A stretch of DNA of 64,000 nt from an uncultured Clostridia bacterium. GTDB lineage: Bacteria; Bacillota; Clostridia; Christensenellales; UBA1242. Both the position numbers and the translations under genes were made by a program. Below, one piece after another: positions 35,610 through 45,267 of the stretch (positions are counted from its first letter, which is position 1; the number at the start of each line of letters is the position of its first letter). Where the stretch lies: assembly GCA_944381215.1 (NCBI GenBank), contig CALWKF010000007.1, forward strand, positions 1,173 through 65,172, in the 5' to 3' direction. A model generated the notes under the pieces. It searched no databases. It saw only the letters and a program-made list of their open reading frames with translations, and was not told where the DNA came from.

Positions 35610-37166
35610 TTAAAAATCTAATAAATTCAAGGTTTGCGCCTTGTCAACAGCGGTTAAGAATAGGTACAATCTCGGCCCCTTTGACTTGCCTAAAAGTAGG
35701 TTGTATACAATCTCAAAGAATCTCTTCTGCCTAGCCTTGTCCTGCTCGCCATTTAACTTTGGAATCTCGTAAAGCAGTGCCTGCATTTCCTCGGTCGAGA
35801 GGTCGTGTGCACTTAACTCACTAGATAAAGTACGAATCCAGCCTTTTTCCTCATCGTTTAGAGTTGAATAGTATTCAGTGTTCTTTTCCGTTAGCAAGTT
35901 TGAAATCGATTCGGGCGAATAGTTCTTTAACCAGTAACTGATTTTCTCAAAACGCTCCTCAATTTGCTCACGAGTGCACTTGTCGCCTATTTTGTTAAGC
36001 AATTCCACGAGCATATCGAGGTCAAAGTTGACAATCGGAGCGAATGCCGCGATATTTTGGGCACTTACAGGGCACCCCTCGTAATTTTTGCGACAAGAAA
36101 GCGCCATTTCCATAATACGATTCACAACTTCGTCGCCCTCGCCTGACTTGTAGAGATTGTACATGCGGTCAAACTCGTGGTACACGCGTAAAACTTCCTC
36201 ATCTAGCGAAATCTCTAAGTACTTTTCGGGCAAAAAGCGAGTATACAACCACAAAATTATCTCGGGCGAGTACACGCGAAGCATCTTCTCAGGGGTCATA
36301 ACATTGCCCTTACTACTGCTCATTTTACCATTGGTGCCTTTTATGCCTACAAACTCGTATCCGCGGTACACAGGGGCGCGACCGCCATATATTGCTGAAA
36401 CCATTTTAGTAGCCACTTGCGCACTACCACCCTCGGTGCTGTGGTCCTTTCCACCAGGCTCGAAGTTTACACCCTCATAAGTCCAGCGCATAGGCCAGTC
36501 GACCTTCCACATCAATTTTGCGTTGTGTTGGGTGCGCAAATCAAAGGTGCCGTGGTGTCCGCACTTACACTCGTACTCGAGCACTGCCCCGTTTTCGCTA
36601 TCTGATAAGATTTTTGTCGTATCCTTTCCACACGCGTCGCAATAAATTTGCACGGGATAGAAGGCCTCGCGCTCCGCCTCGGTCGCTTCCTGAGTCTTAA
36701 AACTCATCAGCACGTCGTAGACATCCTTGCGTTTGTTCACGGCCTCAATCATTTTGTCTGCGTACTTCCCACTGGTGTAGTTATCTGCCTGAAAAACGTG
36801 TTCAACCTCTATACCCAACTGGTCTATTGCATCAATAAAAGGTTGCTCAAAGTGGCGTGCCCAGCTCGAATGACAGCCAAACGGGTCGGGAATTTTGTCT
36901 AGTGGCATTCCTATATATTTATTAAGGCTCTGGTCGAGGTCGGCTGGGACCTTACGAAGTCTGTCATAGTTGTCCCAACTAAAAATAAAGCGAACTTTTT
37001 TGCCTCTATCGCGAAGGGCCTTGACCACAAACCAAGTGGTTACCACCTCGCGCAAGTTTCCCATGTGGACCTCACCACTAGGGCTAATACCACTGGCGCA
37101 AGTATACACTTTCTGATCGGGATAAGTCTTAATTATCTGTTCTGCAATTTCATCTGCCCAATACAT
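35610..37166 (-). CDS. lysK: Lysyl-tRNA synthetase, class I
   Basis: HMGNLRE (HIGH variant) and KMSSSKG (KMSKS). The length of about 518 aa and overall sequence match the archaeal-type class I LysRS. Confidence 0.88.
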   Translation of the reverse strand: MYWADEIAEQIIKTYPDQKVYTCASGISPSGEVHMGNLREVVTTWFVVKALRDRGKKVRFIFSWDNYDRLRKVPADLDQSLNKYIGMPLDKIPDPFGCHSSWARHFEQPFIDAIDQLGIEVEHVFQADNYTSGKYADKMIEAVNKRKDVYDVLMSFKTQEATEAEREAFYPVQIYCDACGKDTTKILSDSENGAVLEYECKCGHHGTFDLRTQHNAKLMWKVDWPMRWTYEGVNFEPGGKDHSTEGGSAQVATKMVSAIYGGRAPVYRGYEFVGIKGTNGKMSSSKGNVMTPEKMLRVYSPEIILWLYTRFLPEKYLEISLDEEVLRVYHEFDRMYNLYKSGEGDEVVNRIMEMALSCRKNYEGCPVSAQNIAAFAPIVNFDLDMLVELLNKIGDKCTREQIEERFEKISYWLKNYSPESISNLLTEKNTEYYSTLNDEEKGWIRTLSSELSAHDLSTEEMQALLYEIPKLNGEQDKARQKRFFEIVYNLLLGKSKGPRLYLFLTAVDKAQTLNLLDF

Positions 37167-37218
37167 TTTGTACTCCTAAAAATTAAAATTTTGCCTAAAC
37201 AAAAGGCATATTTATTAT

Positions 37219-37247
37219 ATTTTAGCGCAAAGAGGCGATAAAGTCAA
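37219..37247 (-). promoter_or_regulatory. Candidate promoter of lysK-serS (TTGACT-17-TAAAAT)
   Basis: Hexamers at 37247-37242 and 37224-37219. The ~50-nt leader carries a small hairpin, tgcct..aggca. Confidence 0.5.
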
Positions 37248-37369
37248 GGCAAAAGTGCGAAATACCTTTAATATTAAATTATAAACTTTTGAAAAAACTC
37301 TTAACTTTTTCCTAAGTTTGTGATAAACTTAATCTAACACTTATTTCGTGTTATGTGGGAGGTATGCTT

Positions 37370-37630
37370 ATGGCGATGACTCGCAAGGAATTTATGGCAA
37401 TAATAAAGGTTTACATGTTGTCATTTTTATGCGCGTTACCGATTATAATTGGGCTCGATATTTTAATCAATCAATATGTTTCGCTTGGAGTGTTAATTAT
37501 GATTGATGTAATTATTCTCTTAATTGCGTCAGTGTGTGGATACCTAATCAACGAAAAGCGCAAAAAGAGTATTGCAAGAAAACGCGAGGAGTTTTTAGCG
37601 AGCAAGGGCAAAAACACCAAGGATGAATAG
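37370..37630 (+). CDS. Small 2-TM membrane protein
   Basis: Two hydrophobic helices and a basic tail. GGGAGG lies 7 nt upstream of the ATG at 37370. Immediately precedes dnaB. Confidence 0.45.
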   Translation: MAMTRKEFMAIIKVYMLSFLCALPIIIGLDILINQYVSLGVLIMIDVIILLIASVCGYLINEKRKKSIARKREEFLASKGKNTKDE

Positions 37631-37638
37631 GAGGGCTT

Positions 37639-39249
37639 ATGCCACAGAAAAAAGAAAGTGCTGGAAACGTAGGTCGTAGGCTTCCCTACAACTTTGAGGC
37701 GGAGCAAGCGGTCCTAGGGGCTGTGCTGATTAGTCAAGAAGCACCCGCTGTGATTTTGACTGAACTAAATAAAAACGATTTCTATACCAAAGAGCATCAA
37801 ATCATCTTCGACACAATGCAGACGCTCTTTGTAAAGAAAAATCACACATACTTTGACCACATAATTTTGACTAGCGAATTAGAGAGTCAAGGGCTACTCG
37901 AGACCGTTGGTGGCGTGGGGTACCTAATTACCCTTACAAACGTCCTACCCAGTGCCACTAACTACCAGTACTACATCGATATTGTAAAGCGCGACTCTAC
38001 CCTGCGCCAGTTGATTTCGGCTGGTGGCGAAATTATTGAAAATTCGTACTCAAGTGATGACCGCGAGTCTGCGCTCGGGTTTGCTGAAAGTAAAATTTAC
38101 GCGATTTCGCAGACCACGGACCACTCAGCCCTAGAGCACATCAAGGGAAGTCTTGAAGAAGTTGTAGAGGACTTCGAGATGTGTTTTCAAAACCCTGATG
38201 CCAAGCGTGGGTTGCCTTCGGGCTTCCCAGGCCTTGACCACTACACAAACGGCTTTCAAAAGGGCGATCTAATTATCTTAGCTGCGCGCCCGTCGTTTGG
38301 TAAGTCTTCACTTGCTATCAACTTTGTGCAAAACATGGCGATAAAGGATCACAAAACTTGCGCTATTTTCTCGCTAGAGATGCCCCGCGTGCAACTTGCT
38401 AGAAGGATGGCAGTAAGTATTGCAAAAGAGACCTGTAAGAGCATCAGCATGGAAAAGGTCATGCGCGGAGACTTAAACGAAGATGAACAGCGCAAATTTA
38501 GAAAAGCGGTAAACATCCTCGCTGAAGCACCGATATTTATTGATGAAAACAGTATGAACACCCCTGCCGAAATCAAGTCAAAGTGCATGAGGTTAAAAAA
38601 TGACCCGACCTGCGGGCTAGATTTTGTCATGATCGACTACCTGCAACTTATGAGTAGCGGGCGTCGAGTTGAAAGTAGACAGCAGGAAGTTACCGACATT
38701 TCGCGTAACCTAAAAATCATGGCGAAGGAACTCGGTGTGCCTGTACTAGCCCTCTCCCAGTTATCTCGTGCGGTGGAACAGCGCGCTGGCGACCACAAGC
38801 CACAACTAAGCGACTTACGTGAAACGGGTGCCATTGAGCAGGATGCCGATATTGTAATGTTTATTCACCGCCCCAGCCGTTACTCCGACACGAATAAAGA
38901 CGGAAGCCTCGACCCTACCCAAGCCTTCTTGATTCTTGCAAAACATCGTAATGGTCCCTTGGGCGAAATTCCGCTGATATGGGACGGGTCCTCGACCACG
39001 TTTAAGAGTACTGAAAAGGATGCAAACTTGGCGAGCCTAGAGGCAACTGCCCCACCGCCAATATTACCACAGAATCGCGAGGCCTTTGAAAAGGTATCGA
39101 AGGAACTTGAGGCGGTCGAAAACTTTGATGACAACATCTTTGACACCGAGCCACCAGCACCTGAGCCTGACTTACCACCACCGCCCGAGGAAATTCCACC
39201 TGAGCCTAAGTCTCCGATTGATACTGATGATGACCCAATTTTCGATTAA
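37639..39249 (+). CDS. dnaB: Replicative DNA helicase DnaB with ~80-aa Pro/acidic C-terminal extension
   Basis: N-terminal PYNFEAEQAVLG, Walker A ARPSFGKSS, Walker B MIDYLQLM, then LSQLSR and the arginine finger. The tail ends PIDTDDDPIFD. Confidence 0.95.
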   Translation: MPQKKESAGNVGRRLPYNFEAEQAVLGAVLISQEAPAVILTELNKNDFYTKEHQIIFDTMQTLFVKKNHTYFDHIILTSELESQGLLETVGGVGYLITLTNVLPSATNYQYYIDIVKRDSTLRQLISAGGEIIENSYSSDDRESALGFAESKIYAISQTTDHSALEHIKGSLEEVVEDFEMCFQNPDAKRGLPSGFPGLDHYTNGFQKGDLIILAARPSFGKSSLAINFVQNMAIKDHKTCAIFSLEMPRVQLARRMAVSIAKETCKSISMEKVMRGDLNEDEQRKFRKAVNILAEAPIFIDENSMNTPAEIKSKCMRLKNDPTCGLDFVMIDYLQLMSSGRRVESRQQEVTDISRNLKIMAKELGVPVLALSQLSRAVEQRAGDHKPQLSDLRETGAIEQDADIVMFIHRPSRYSDTNKDGSLDPTQAFLILAKHRNGPLGEIPLIWDGSSTTFKSTEKDANLASLEATAPPPILPQNREAFEKVSKELEAVENFDDNIFDTEPPAPEPDLPPPPEEIPPEPKSPIDTDDDPIFD

Positions 39250-39274
39250 AAAGAGCATATTTTTACATAAAACG

Positions 39275-39318
39275 AACTGCACCACCAAAGTTAGATACTT
39301 TTAGTGGTGCAGTTTTTT
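39275..39318. terminator. Bidirectional intrinsic terminator (dnaB / rubrerythrin)
   Basis: aactgcaccac ... gtggtgcagtt followed by TTTTT. Confidence 0.75.
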
Positions 39319-39328
39319 CAATTGTTTA

Positions 39329-39949
39329 TTATTTTTGTGAGGCTTTGATTTTTTCGCGAATATTAAAAGCGTCTAATACGAGTTTTATGGAACCGCGTTT
39401 TGCCTTACACAAGGGGCACTCATCCCAAGGCTCGAGGCCAGTAGCCATATAGCCACAGTCGGCACACACCCACAAAGTCGGCTCGGACTTTTTATACAAA
39501 GTGCCGTCGCGCATTTGGGTGTGGAGCTCGGCAAAGACCTCCTTATGATACGTTTCAACGCGCATTATGTCTAAAAACAATTTTTCGATTTCGGGAAAGC
39601 CCTCTTCCTTTGCGATTGAAGCAAACTCGGCATAGACATTTGCCTCTCCTGCCTCATCCATTGAGGCAAGCCTCAAATTTTCGCAAAGGTCCCACTTTTC
39701 ACGGAAAGGAAAACCTGCAACTATTTCGATATTGTCAATTTGCTGGTCGTCGCCATCCTGAATAAACGTGTAAAACATGCGCGCGTGATTGAACTCTTGA
39801 TACGCTATTTCATCGATAATGTCGGCTATATTTTTGTAGCCGTTAATTCTTGCGCCGTACTCAATAAACTCATATCTCGTGCGTGCCTGGCATTCGCTTG
39901 CGTAACTGCGTGCTAGGTTTTCATAAGTTCTACTGTCTACTAATTTCAT
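39329..39949 (-). CDS. rbr: Rubrerythrin
   Basis: Ferritin-like diiron ExxH motifs (EFNH, ETYH) and a C-terminal rubredoxin-like CxxC...CxxC (CADCG...CPLC). Confidence 0.85.
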   Translation of the reverse strand: MKLVDSRTYENLARSYASECQARTRYEFIEYGARINGYKNIADIIDEIAYQEFNHARMFYTFIQDGDDQQIDNIEIVAGFPFREKWDLCENLRLASMDEAGEANVYAEFASIAKEEGFPEIEKLFLDIMRVETYHKEVFAELHTQMRDGTLYKKSEPTLWVCADCGYMATGLEPWDECPLCKAKRGSIKLVLDAFNIREKIKASQK

Positions 39950-40070
39950 ATACACCTCCGCAAGTAATTTTTGATAAAATTTAGTTTTTATACTCGATAT
40001 CTTGTAAATTTGTATTAAATGTGCTAAAATCTAATTGTTTTTAGATAAAAACTTAAAAGGAACAAATGAA

Positions 40071-40661
40071 ATGAAGTTTTGGAACGATTTTAAGGCCTTT
40101 ATCAGTAAAGGTAACATCATTGACTTAGCCGTTGCTGTCGTAATAGGTACTGCGTTTAACAAAATTGTTACCAGTCTAGTAAATGACATTATTATGCCGT
40201 TAATTACTTGGGGTTTGGGTGCAAACAGCCTTGCAGAACTTTCCGTTGTGTTACAGCGTGATGAAAGCGGAGTCGCAACACTTACGTGGAACTATGGTAA
40301 CTTTATTCAATCAATCATTGACTTCTTAATCATAGCATTAACAATCTTTATTATTTTGCGCCTTATGATGAAGAGCTCTGCATTAATTAAAGATGCGACA
40401 AACAAAATCAAGGCTCCCACAAAGGAAGAAAAGAAAATTCTAAAAGAAAAAGGCATCGACCTGAAAGACAGGCGCGCCGTACACACAGCCCTGGTAGCTT
40501 TACATGAGGAGCAAGCAAAAGAAAAAGCCCAAAAAGAGCAAGCCAAAAAGGACGAGGAGTACAAAAACAGCACCGAAGGCCTACTTAAAGAAATTCGCGA
40601 CCTACTAAAAGAGCAGAACGCGAAAAATGTGGAAACTAACACAAGCGAAAGCAAAGAATAG
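40071..40661 (+). CDS. mscL: Large-conductance mechanosensitive channel MscL with Lys/Glu-rich C-terminal extension
   Basis: FKAFISKGNIIDLAVAVVIGTAF..IV.SLV.DIIMP is a typical MscL N-terminus. Start set at MKFWNDFK. Confidence 0.9.
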   Translation: MKFWNDFKAFISKGNIIDLAVAVVIGTAFNKIVTSLVNDIIMPLITWGLGANSLAELSVVLQRDESGVATLTWNYGNFIQSIIDFLIIALTIFIILRLMMKSSALIKDATNKIKAPTKEEKKILKEKGIDLKDRRAVHTALVALHEEQAKEKAQKEQAKKDEEYKNSTEGLLKEIRDLLKEQNAKNVETNTSESKE

Positions 40662-40680
40662 CGGTTACCCCGCTTTTTCT
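40660..40680 (+). terminator. Weak intrinsic terminator after mscL
   Basis: agcgg ttacc ccgct followed by ttttc. Confidence 0.45.
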
Positions 40681-40727
40681 TTTGCGTAAGTTGATACATA
40701 ATTGTATTTTCAGTTAGGTTAGAATAA

Positions 40728-41084
40728 TTATCTTCCAGGTGCGCCAGTGTAACTTGCATAATTGTGAATTTTGCTGGTTTCGGGCTCGACGACTACGGAA
40801 TTTGCTGGCGCGTACTTACTAATTGTATTGGCGGTATTCACAGGCTGGCTGACGGGATTGAGTTCTACTAAAATTGTATCTAGCCCAATCTTGCAAATGC
40901 ACTGATAAGGTATAAATATATCTTCGCGCCCTTTAAAAAAGCCCGAACGATTCCCTGGAACCACGACCCCTAAAATGCGCGCGCTGTTTTGCTCAAAAAT
41001 CAAGTCGATAATATGCCCTAACCTGCGTCCGTCAGTTAAATTAATCACGACCTTGGCGCGCAACTCACTAAAACTTATTTCCAT
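40728..41084 (-). CDS. YlmC/YmxH-family PRC-barrel protein
   Basis: The N-terminus SELRAKVVINLTDGRRLGHIIDLIF...ILGVVVP resembles YmxH/YlmC. Confidence 0.7.
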   Translation of the reverse strand: MEISFSELRAKVVINLTDGRRLGHIIDLIFEQNSARILGVVVPGNRSGFFKGREDIFIPYQCICKIGLDTILVELNPVSQPVNTANTISKYAPANSVVVEPETSKIHNYASYTGAPGR

Positions 41085-41229
41085 ACTACCCTCGCAATCA
41101 TATAAGTAATATATGCGACTTTATAATTTTTGATAACTCGACAATTTTATTACAATAAGCTAAAATTTTGAAATTTTTGGGTCTAAAAATCTTTTTTTTA
41201 CGACAAAATTTAACAAAATATTATAAATT

Positions 41230-41253
41230 TTGACAAATTGACCGAATTTGGTC
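41230..41253 (+). promoter_or_regulatory. TTGACA box followed by GACCGAATTTGGTC palindrome (candidate autoregulated promoter of XRE gene)
   Basis: The 12-mer ttttgacaaatt is shared exactly with 3101-3112. An imperfect 7-bp inverted repeat follows directly. Confidence 0.4.
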
Positions 41254-41347
41254 GCAATTTTTTGATTAAAACTTGTTAGTATATAAGTAACCTAATTTGG
41301 ACGAATTTTATAGTTTATAATTAGGAAAAACTTATCGAGGTGGAAAT

Positions 41348-41587
41348 ATGACATTAGGTGAAGCTTTTACAATCCGTTTTAATTCTATCTTAAAAAGTAA
41401 GAGAATTACATTGCACAAATTTGTTAAAAAGAGTTGCATTCCTCGGTCGACTCTAGTAAATGTGCTAAAAGGCAACACAAAGAACCCTTCCCTTGCACTT
41501 GTTTACCAAGTGGCCGCAGGTTTTGAGATGACGGCATTAGACTTTTTAGACGACCCGATTTTCAACCGTTATGACATTGAATATTAA
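41348..41587 (+). CDS. XRE-family helix-turn-helix protein (79 aa)
   Basis: HTH_3-like KRITLHKFVKKSCIPRSTLVNVLKG. RBS is GAGGTGG. Confidence 0.7.
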   Translation: MTLGEAFTIRFNSILKSKRITLHKFVKKSCIPRSTLVNVLKGNTKNPSLALVYQVAAGFEMTALDFLDDPIFNRYDIEY

Positions 41588-41610
41588 TTATAATTTAAAA
41601 CAGATTATCA

Positions 41611-41640
41611 AAAGAGATTATCCAATCTCTTTATTTTTAT
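41611..41640 (+). terminator. Intrinsic terminator of XRE gene
   Basis: aaagagatt atcc aatctcttt followed by atttttat. Confidence 0.75.
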
Positions 41641-41691
41641 ATTTAATAAAAGAGCGTGCTTAATTAAACAAATAAAAAACATTTGAGTAAG

Positions 41692-41720
41692 TAAACAAAA
41701 AACACAGGGGGAACCCTGTG
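41692..41720 (-). terminator. Strong intrinsic terminator on minus strand, ~265 nt downstream of efp
   Basis: cacaggg ttcc ccctgtg followed by TTTTTTGTTT, read on the minus strand. Confidence 0.7.
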
Positions 41721-41789
41721 CTAAAAGAAGATTTGTCTTTTAAAAGTAGTTTAAATGAAAAATAGATGAAATGAAAAAATTTTAAAGAA

Positions 41790-41825
41790 CACAAAAAACA
41801 AAAAGGAAATGTCTTAAAGAGACAT
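41790..41825 (-). terminator. Intrinsic terminator on minus strand, ~160 nt downstream of efp
   Basis: atgtct cttta agacat followed by ttcctttttgtttttt, read on the minus strand. Confidence 0.55.
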
Positions 41826-41984
41826 AATTATATTATCACAAACAAATATTTAAAGCAAATAAAATTACACACTTTTTTAAAAAAAATTTATTTTTTTTTG
41901 AAAATAAAAAAACACCTATATTAAACCACAACTCAAAAATTGAATAATTTGGGTGTGTGATTCAAATATGGTATAAGTGTTATT

Positions 41985-42542
41985 TTATGCTCTCTCAACA
42001 TACTCCCCTGTGCGGGTGTCGATTTTGATTTTTTCACCATTGCCAATAAATAGTGGCACTTGGACAGTGAGGCCTGTTTCGAGTTTGGCGGGCTTGTAAC
42101 TAGCCTTTGAGGTGTCGCCCTGAATTGCTGGCTCTGTTTCGGTAACTTCGAGTGTAACAAACAAAGGTGGAGCGACCGAGAAGATTTGATCTTTAAAAAA
42201 TTTAGCAGTAACCGTCATACCGTCAAGCAAGTATGGCAAGCATTCCTCAACTAAATCTTTGTTGTATGGAATTTGGTCATAGGTCTCGGGGTCGAAGAAG
42301 TAGTAAAGGTCGCCGTCGTTATATAAATACTGCATTTCCTTTTCTACAAACTGCACTTTCTCAAACTTGTCAGTAGGATTAAAAGTATTCTCTACATTTG
42401 CCCCAGTGTTTACGTTACGCATTTTTATCCAAACTACTGCGCCACCGCGACCGTGTTTGTTGTGCTCGAAATCTAGAACAGTGTAAATTTGGCCGTTCCA
42501 CTCAAAGCACATACCTTTTCTTAATTCTGATGCTGAAATCAT
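41985..42542 (-). CDS. efp: Elongation factor P
   Basis: A full-length EF-P with a typical N-terminus and the KHGRGGA loop in the position of the usual KPGKG loop. Confidence 0.96.
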   Translation of the reverse strand: MISASELRKGMCFEWNGQIYTVLDFEHNKHGRGGAVVWIKMRNVNTGANVENTFNPTDKFEKVQFVEKEMQYLYNDGDLYYFFDPETYDQIPYNKDLVEECLPYLLDGMTVTAKFFKDQIFSVAPPLFVTLEVTETEPAIQGDTSKASYKPAKLETGLTVQVPLFIGNGEKIKIDTRTGEYVERA

Positions 42543-42604
42543 AATAATCTCCTTGTAAAATAAAAAGTATATTTTATAATATCATAAATTTTAGTAAAAA
42601 TCAA

Positions 42605-43450
42605 CTATTTTATATTCATATAGAGGTCGCGCATAATTTTTGAGTCGCGCGCTTGGGTGCCAGCGGACTCACTAATTATCACGGGCTCCAATTTTAGCTC
42701 ATAAATTGCTTCGAGCATAGGTAGTGGCTCGGGACCGTATACTGTATCATCAAACGTCAAGTGCTTTATCTCGCCCTTTGCACCATACATAATCTTTGAA
42801 AAATGAATATGCAGGTCGCGCATTTTCTCAAAGCCAATTTTATCGATACCCTTTTTTAGTATTGCCATAAAGTCCTCTTTTGTTTTTAGAGCACCCTGCA
42901 TTACGCAATTTATGTGCCCGAAATCGAGCGTAGGAATTAGGCAATCACTCCAACTGCAAATTTCGAAAATTTCATCCACTGTCCCCATTTGAGTGTATTT
43001 TCCCATGGCCTCGGGGCACAGGAAAACTCCGCTCTCGGCCTTTTGAAATTCGTGCACGAAGTCGAGAAAGTTGTCCTTTAAAGTTTTAAAAGCCTCCTCG
43101 CGCGAAAGTTTCAATTGTGAGCCAATATGAAAGACGCAATGCCTGCCGTTTAATTTTTTAAGTCCCTCCACACTATTCATCATAAATTTGTAGTTATTCT
43201 CGCGCGCTGTATCACTAGAATTTACAAAATTTATATAAAAAGGTGCGTGAACGCTAAATTCGATATCGTATTTTTTGCCTTCGGCTAGAATTTTCTCAGC
43301 AGTTTTATCACTCAAAAACTGCCCTAATGTAAACGAATATTCAAAGGCATTCAGGCCCATTTTATTTAGCCATTCTGGTGCTTCAGCAGTTTCCTTGTGC
43401 CCTTCCTCATAAAAGGCTTCGCTATTGCCTGATGGACCAAATCTAATCAT
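42605..43450 (-). CDS. Xylose-isomerase-like TIM-barrel protein (AP endonuclease family 2 / endonuclease IV-like)
   Basis: The pattern FGPSGN...FEYSF...HAPFYINF...HIG...LCPE..G...DFGH...HIHFS matches metal-binding TIM-barrel endonuclease IV-like proteins. Confidence 0.55.
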   Translation of the reverse strand: MIRFGPSGNSEAFYEEGHKETAEAPEWLNKMGLNAFEYSFTLGQFLSDKTAEKILAEGKKYDIEFSVHAPFYINFVNSSDTARENNYKFMMNSVEGLKKLNGRHCVFHIGSQLKLSREEAFKTLKDNFLDFVHEFQKAESGVFLCPEAMGKYTQMGTVDEIFEICSWSDCLIPTLDFGHINCVMQGALKTKEDFMAILKKGIDKIGFEKMRDLHIHFSKIMYGAKGEIKHLTFDDTVYGPEPLPMLEAIYELKLEPVIISESAGTQARDSKIMRDLYMNIK

Positions 43451-44293
43451 CTATACTCTCCTCTTTAGATTATGTTCTTGATTAACCTCGCAAATCCCCA
43501 AAAAGTCGCCACCAAAATAAGTAAGATACAAACCTAACGGCTGATTAAGTGCCAATTTTCTGCCGTTACTGAAATAACTAAATTCCTCATCCGTTAAATC
43601 AAGTCGATTGAGCTCTAAAAAGGCCTGTGGAATAGGAATAATATCCTCCTCAGTCAAAGTTTCGAATGTGGTTGAATTTTCAATATCAAATACCCCAAAC
43701 TTTGTGCGACAGAGTGCCGTCATAGTAGCCTTAGTATTCAGCGCATTTGCTAAATCACGGCACAAACTCCGAATATATGTGCCACTACTACATTCAATCT
43801 CGAATTCGAAAGTCCCTTCGCCTTTAGATTTTAATAATGTATATTTATAAATTTCGACATCACAGGTGCGGAGTGTAACAACTTTGCCTTGTCTCGCTAA
43901 ATCGTAGGCACGAGCACCATTAATATTTTTTGCGCTATACATCGGCGGAAGTTGCTTAATTTTGCCTAAAAATTGAGGTAAAACCGCTGTAATTTCCTCT
44001 AAACTAGGTATTTTTTGCGATTCGGCAATAATACTACCCTCACTATCAAGTGTATCAGTTTCGTAGCCAAAAGTGAATTCCGCTATGTAGGTTTTATGCT
44101 TATTAAGTAATAGGTTAAAGGAGCGTGTTGCATTACCTAAGGCGATGAGTAAAACGCCACTAGCCTGTGGGTCGAGCGTGCCCATATGTCCAATTTTAAC
44201 ATTTTTAGGCAACTTTAATAGGTGTTTTACTTTTGATACAGCCTGAGCACTTGAAATGCCAACAGGTTTGATTAAACTGATAAATCCGTTCAT
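43451..44293 (-). CDS. truB: tRNA pseudouridine(55) synthase
   Basis: The GHMGTLDPQASGVLLI catalytic Asp motif, and synteny after rbfA-nrnA. Confidence 0.92.
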   Translation of the reverse strand: MNGFISLIKPVGISSAQAVSKVKHLLKLPKNVKIGHMGTLDPQASGVLLIALGNATRSFNLLLNKHKTYIAEFTFGYETDTLDSEGSIIAESQKIPSLEEITAVLPQFLGKIKQLPPMYSAKNINGARAYDLARQGKVVTLRTCDVEIYKYTLLKSKGEGTFEFEIECSSGTYIRSLCRDLANALNTKATMTALCRTKFGVFDIENSTTFETLTEEDIIPIPQAFLELNRLDLTDEEFSYFSNGRKLALNQPLGLYLTYFGGDFLGICEVNQEHNLKRRV

Positions 44294-45267
44294 TTTGTTA
44301 TACCCAAAACCGTTTTTGTTTGATTAAGTAGAGCACGCAAAAGCTTGTTATACTCGCCCACCAATTTTAGCCCACTAGCGCGTGTGTGTCCTCCGCCGTT
44401 GAATTTCTTTGCAATCAGCGAAACATCTACATCGGGGGATGCTGTACGCAAGGAAATATGGAACTCGCCCTTTTCGGGCTCAAATATATTAATTGCTACC
44501 TTCACCCCAGCAATTCGTTGCAGATAATCTACAATCATTTTACTGTCTGTGTACGAAACTTTTGTTTCCTCAAAGTCAGTATTTTTTAGCAACGACACTG
44601 CAATTTGGCCGTTCTCATAAAATTTCACACTATCAATCGCGCGACGAAACATCTCAAAGGCCCCCAAACTGATTTGCATGAAATAATTTTGCACAATCTC
44701 GTCGGGGTGTATGTCGTAAACTAAAAGTTTTGACAAAATTGCAAAAGTTGAGGAATGTGTGTTTGAGTACACAAAGCCCCCAGTATCTGCATAGATACCC
44801 ATATAAAATATGGTGGATAGTCGCACATTTAGAGTAAAATATGGCTCGAACGAGCGAAACACCACCTCACACGCACTCGACTCACCTTCGAACACTTGGG
44901 ATGACTGCATATAGTACGTATGGTCTTTGTGATGATCGATTGCAAAAGTGAATTTTGCCTTTTCAATTAGCCCGATTACGCTACTCGGCAACATATTCTT
45001 CTCGGGTGAGTCGACAGTGATAACGACATCATATTCATTCGTTGGCTCGAAGACGAAAATATTTTCCTTTATAATAGGGGCAAACGAAGAAGCAAGAGGT
45101 TTTTCAAGTATTACATCAGCGATTATTCCCTGTTGCTGTAAAATCTCCTGCATGGCAAGGCACGAGCAAATGCTATCATAATCGGGGTTTTTATGACCTG
45201 AAATAGCCACGCGATTCGCATGGCTACAGATTTTTATTAAATTTTTTGCAAAAGCCTTAGTCCTCAC
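44290..45267 (-). CDS. nrnA: DHH/DHHA1 phosphoesterase (NrnA-like)
   Basis: GHKNPDYDS, DHH(K), GGGH motifs. Confidence 0.8.
   Translation of the reverse strand: MRTKAFAKNLIKICSHANRVAISGHKNPDYDSICSCLAMQEILQQQGIIADVILEKPLASSFAPIIKENIFVFEPTNEYDVVITVDSPEKNMLPSSVIGLIEKAKFTFAIDHHKDHTYYMQSSQVFEGESSACEVVFRSFEPYFTLNVRLSTIFYMGIYADTGGFVYSNTHSSTFAILSKLLVYDIHPDEIVQNYFMQISLGAFEMFRRAIDSVKFYENGQIAVSLLKNTDFEETKVSYTDSKMIVDYLQRIAGVKVAINIFEPEKGEFHISLRTASPDVDVSLIAKKFNGGGHTRASGLKLVGEYNKLLRALLNQTKTVLGITK

Noticed and set aside
37167-37354. T-box leader upstream of lysK-serS
   Set aside because: The leader is only about 50 nt from the candidate promoter, and there is no T-box consensus (GGTGGTACCGCG-like) or specifier-loop architecture.
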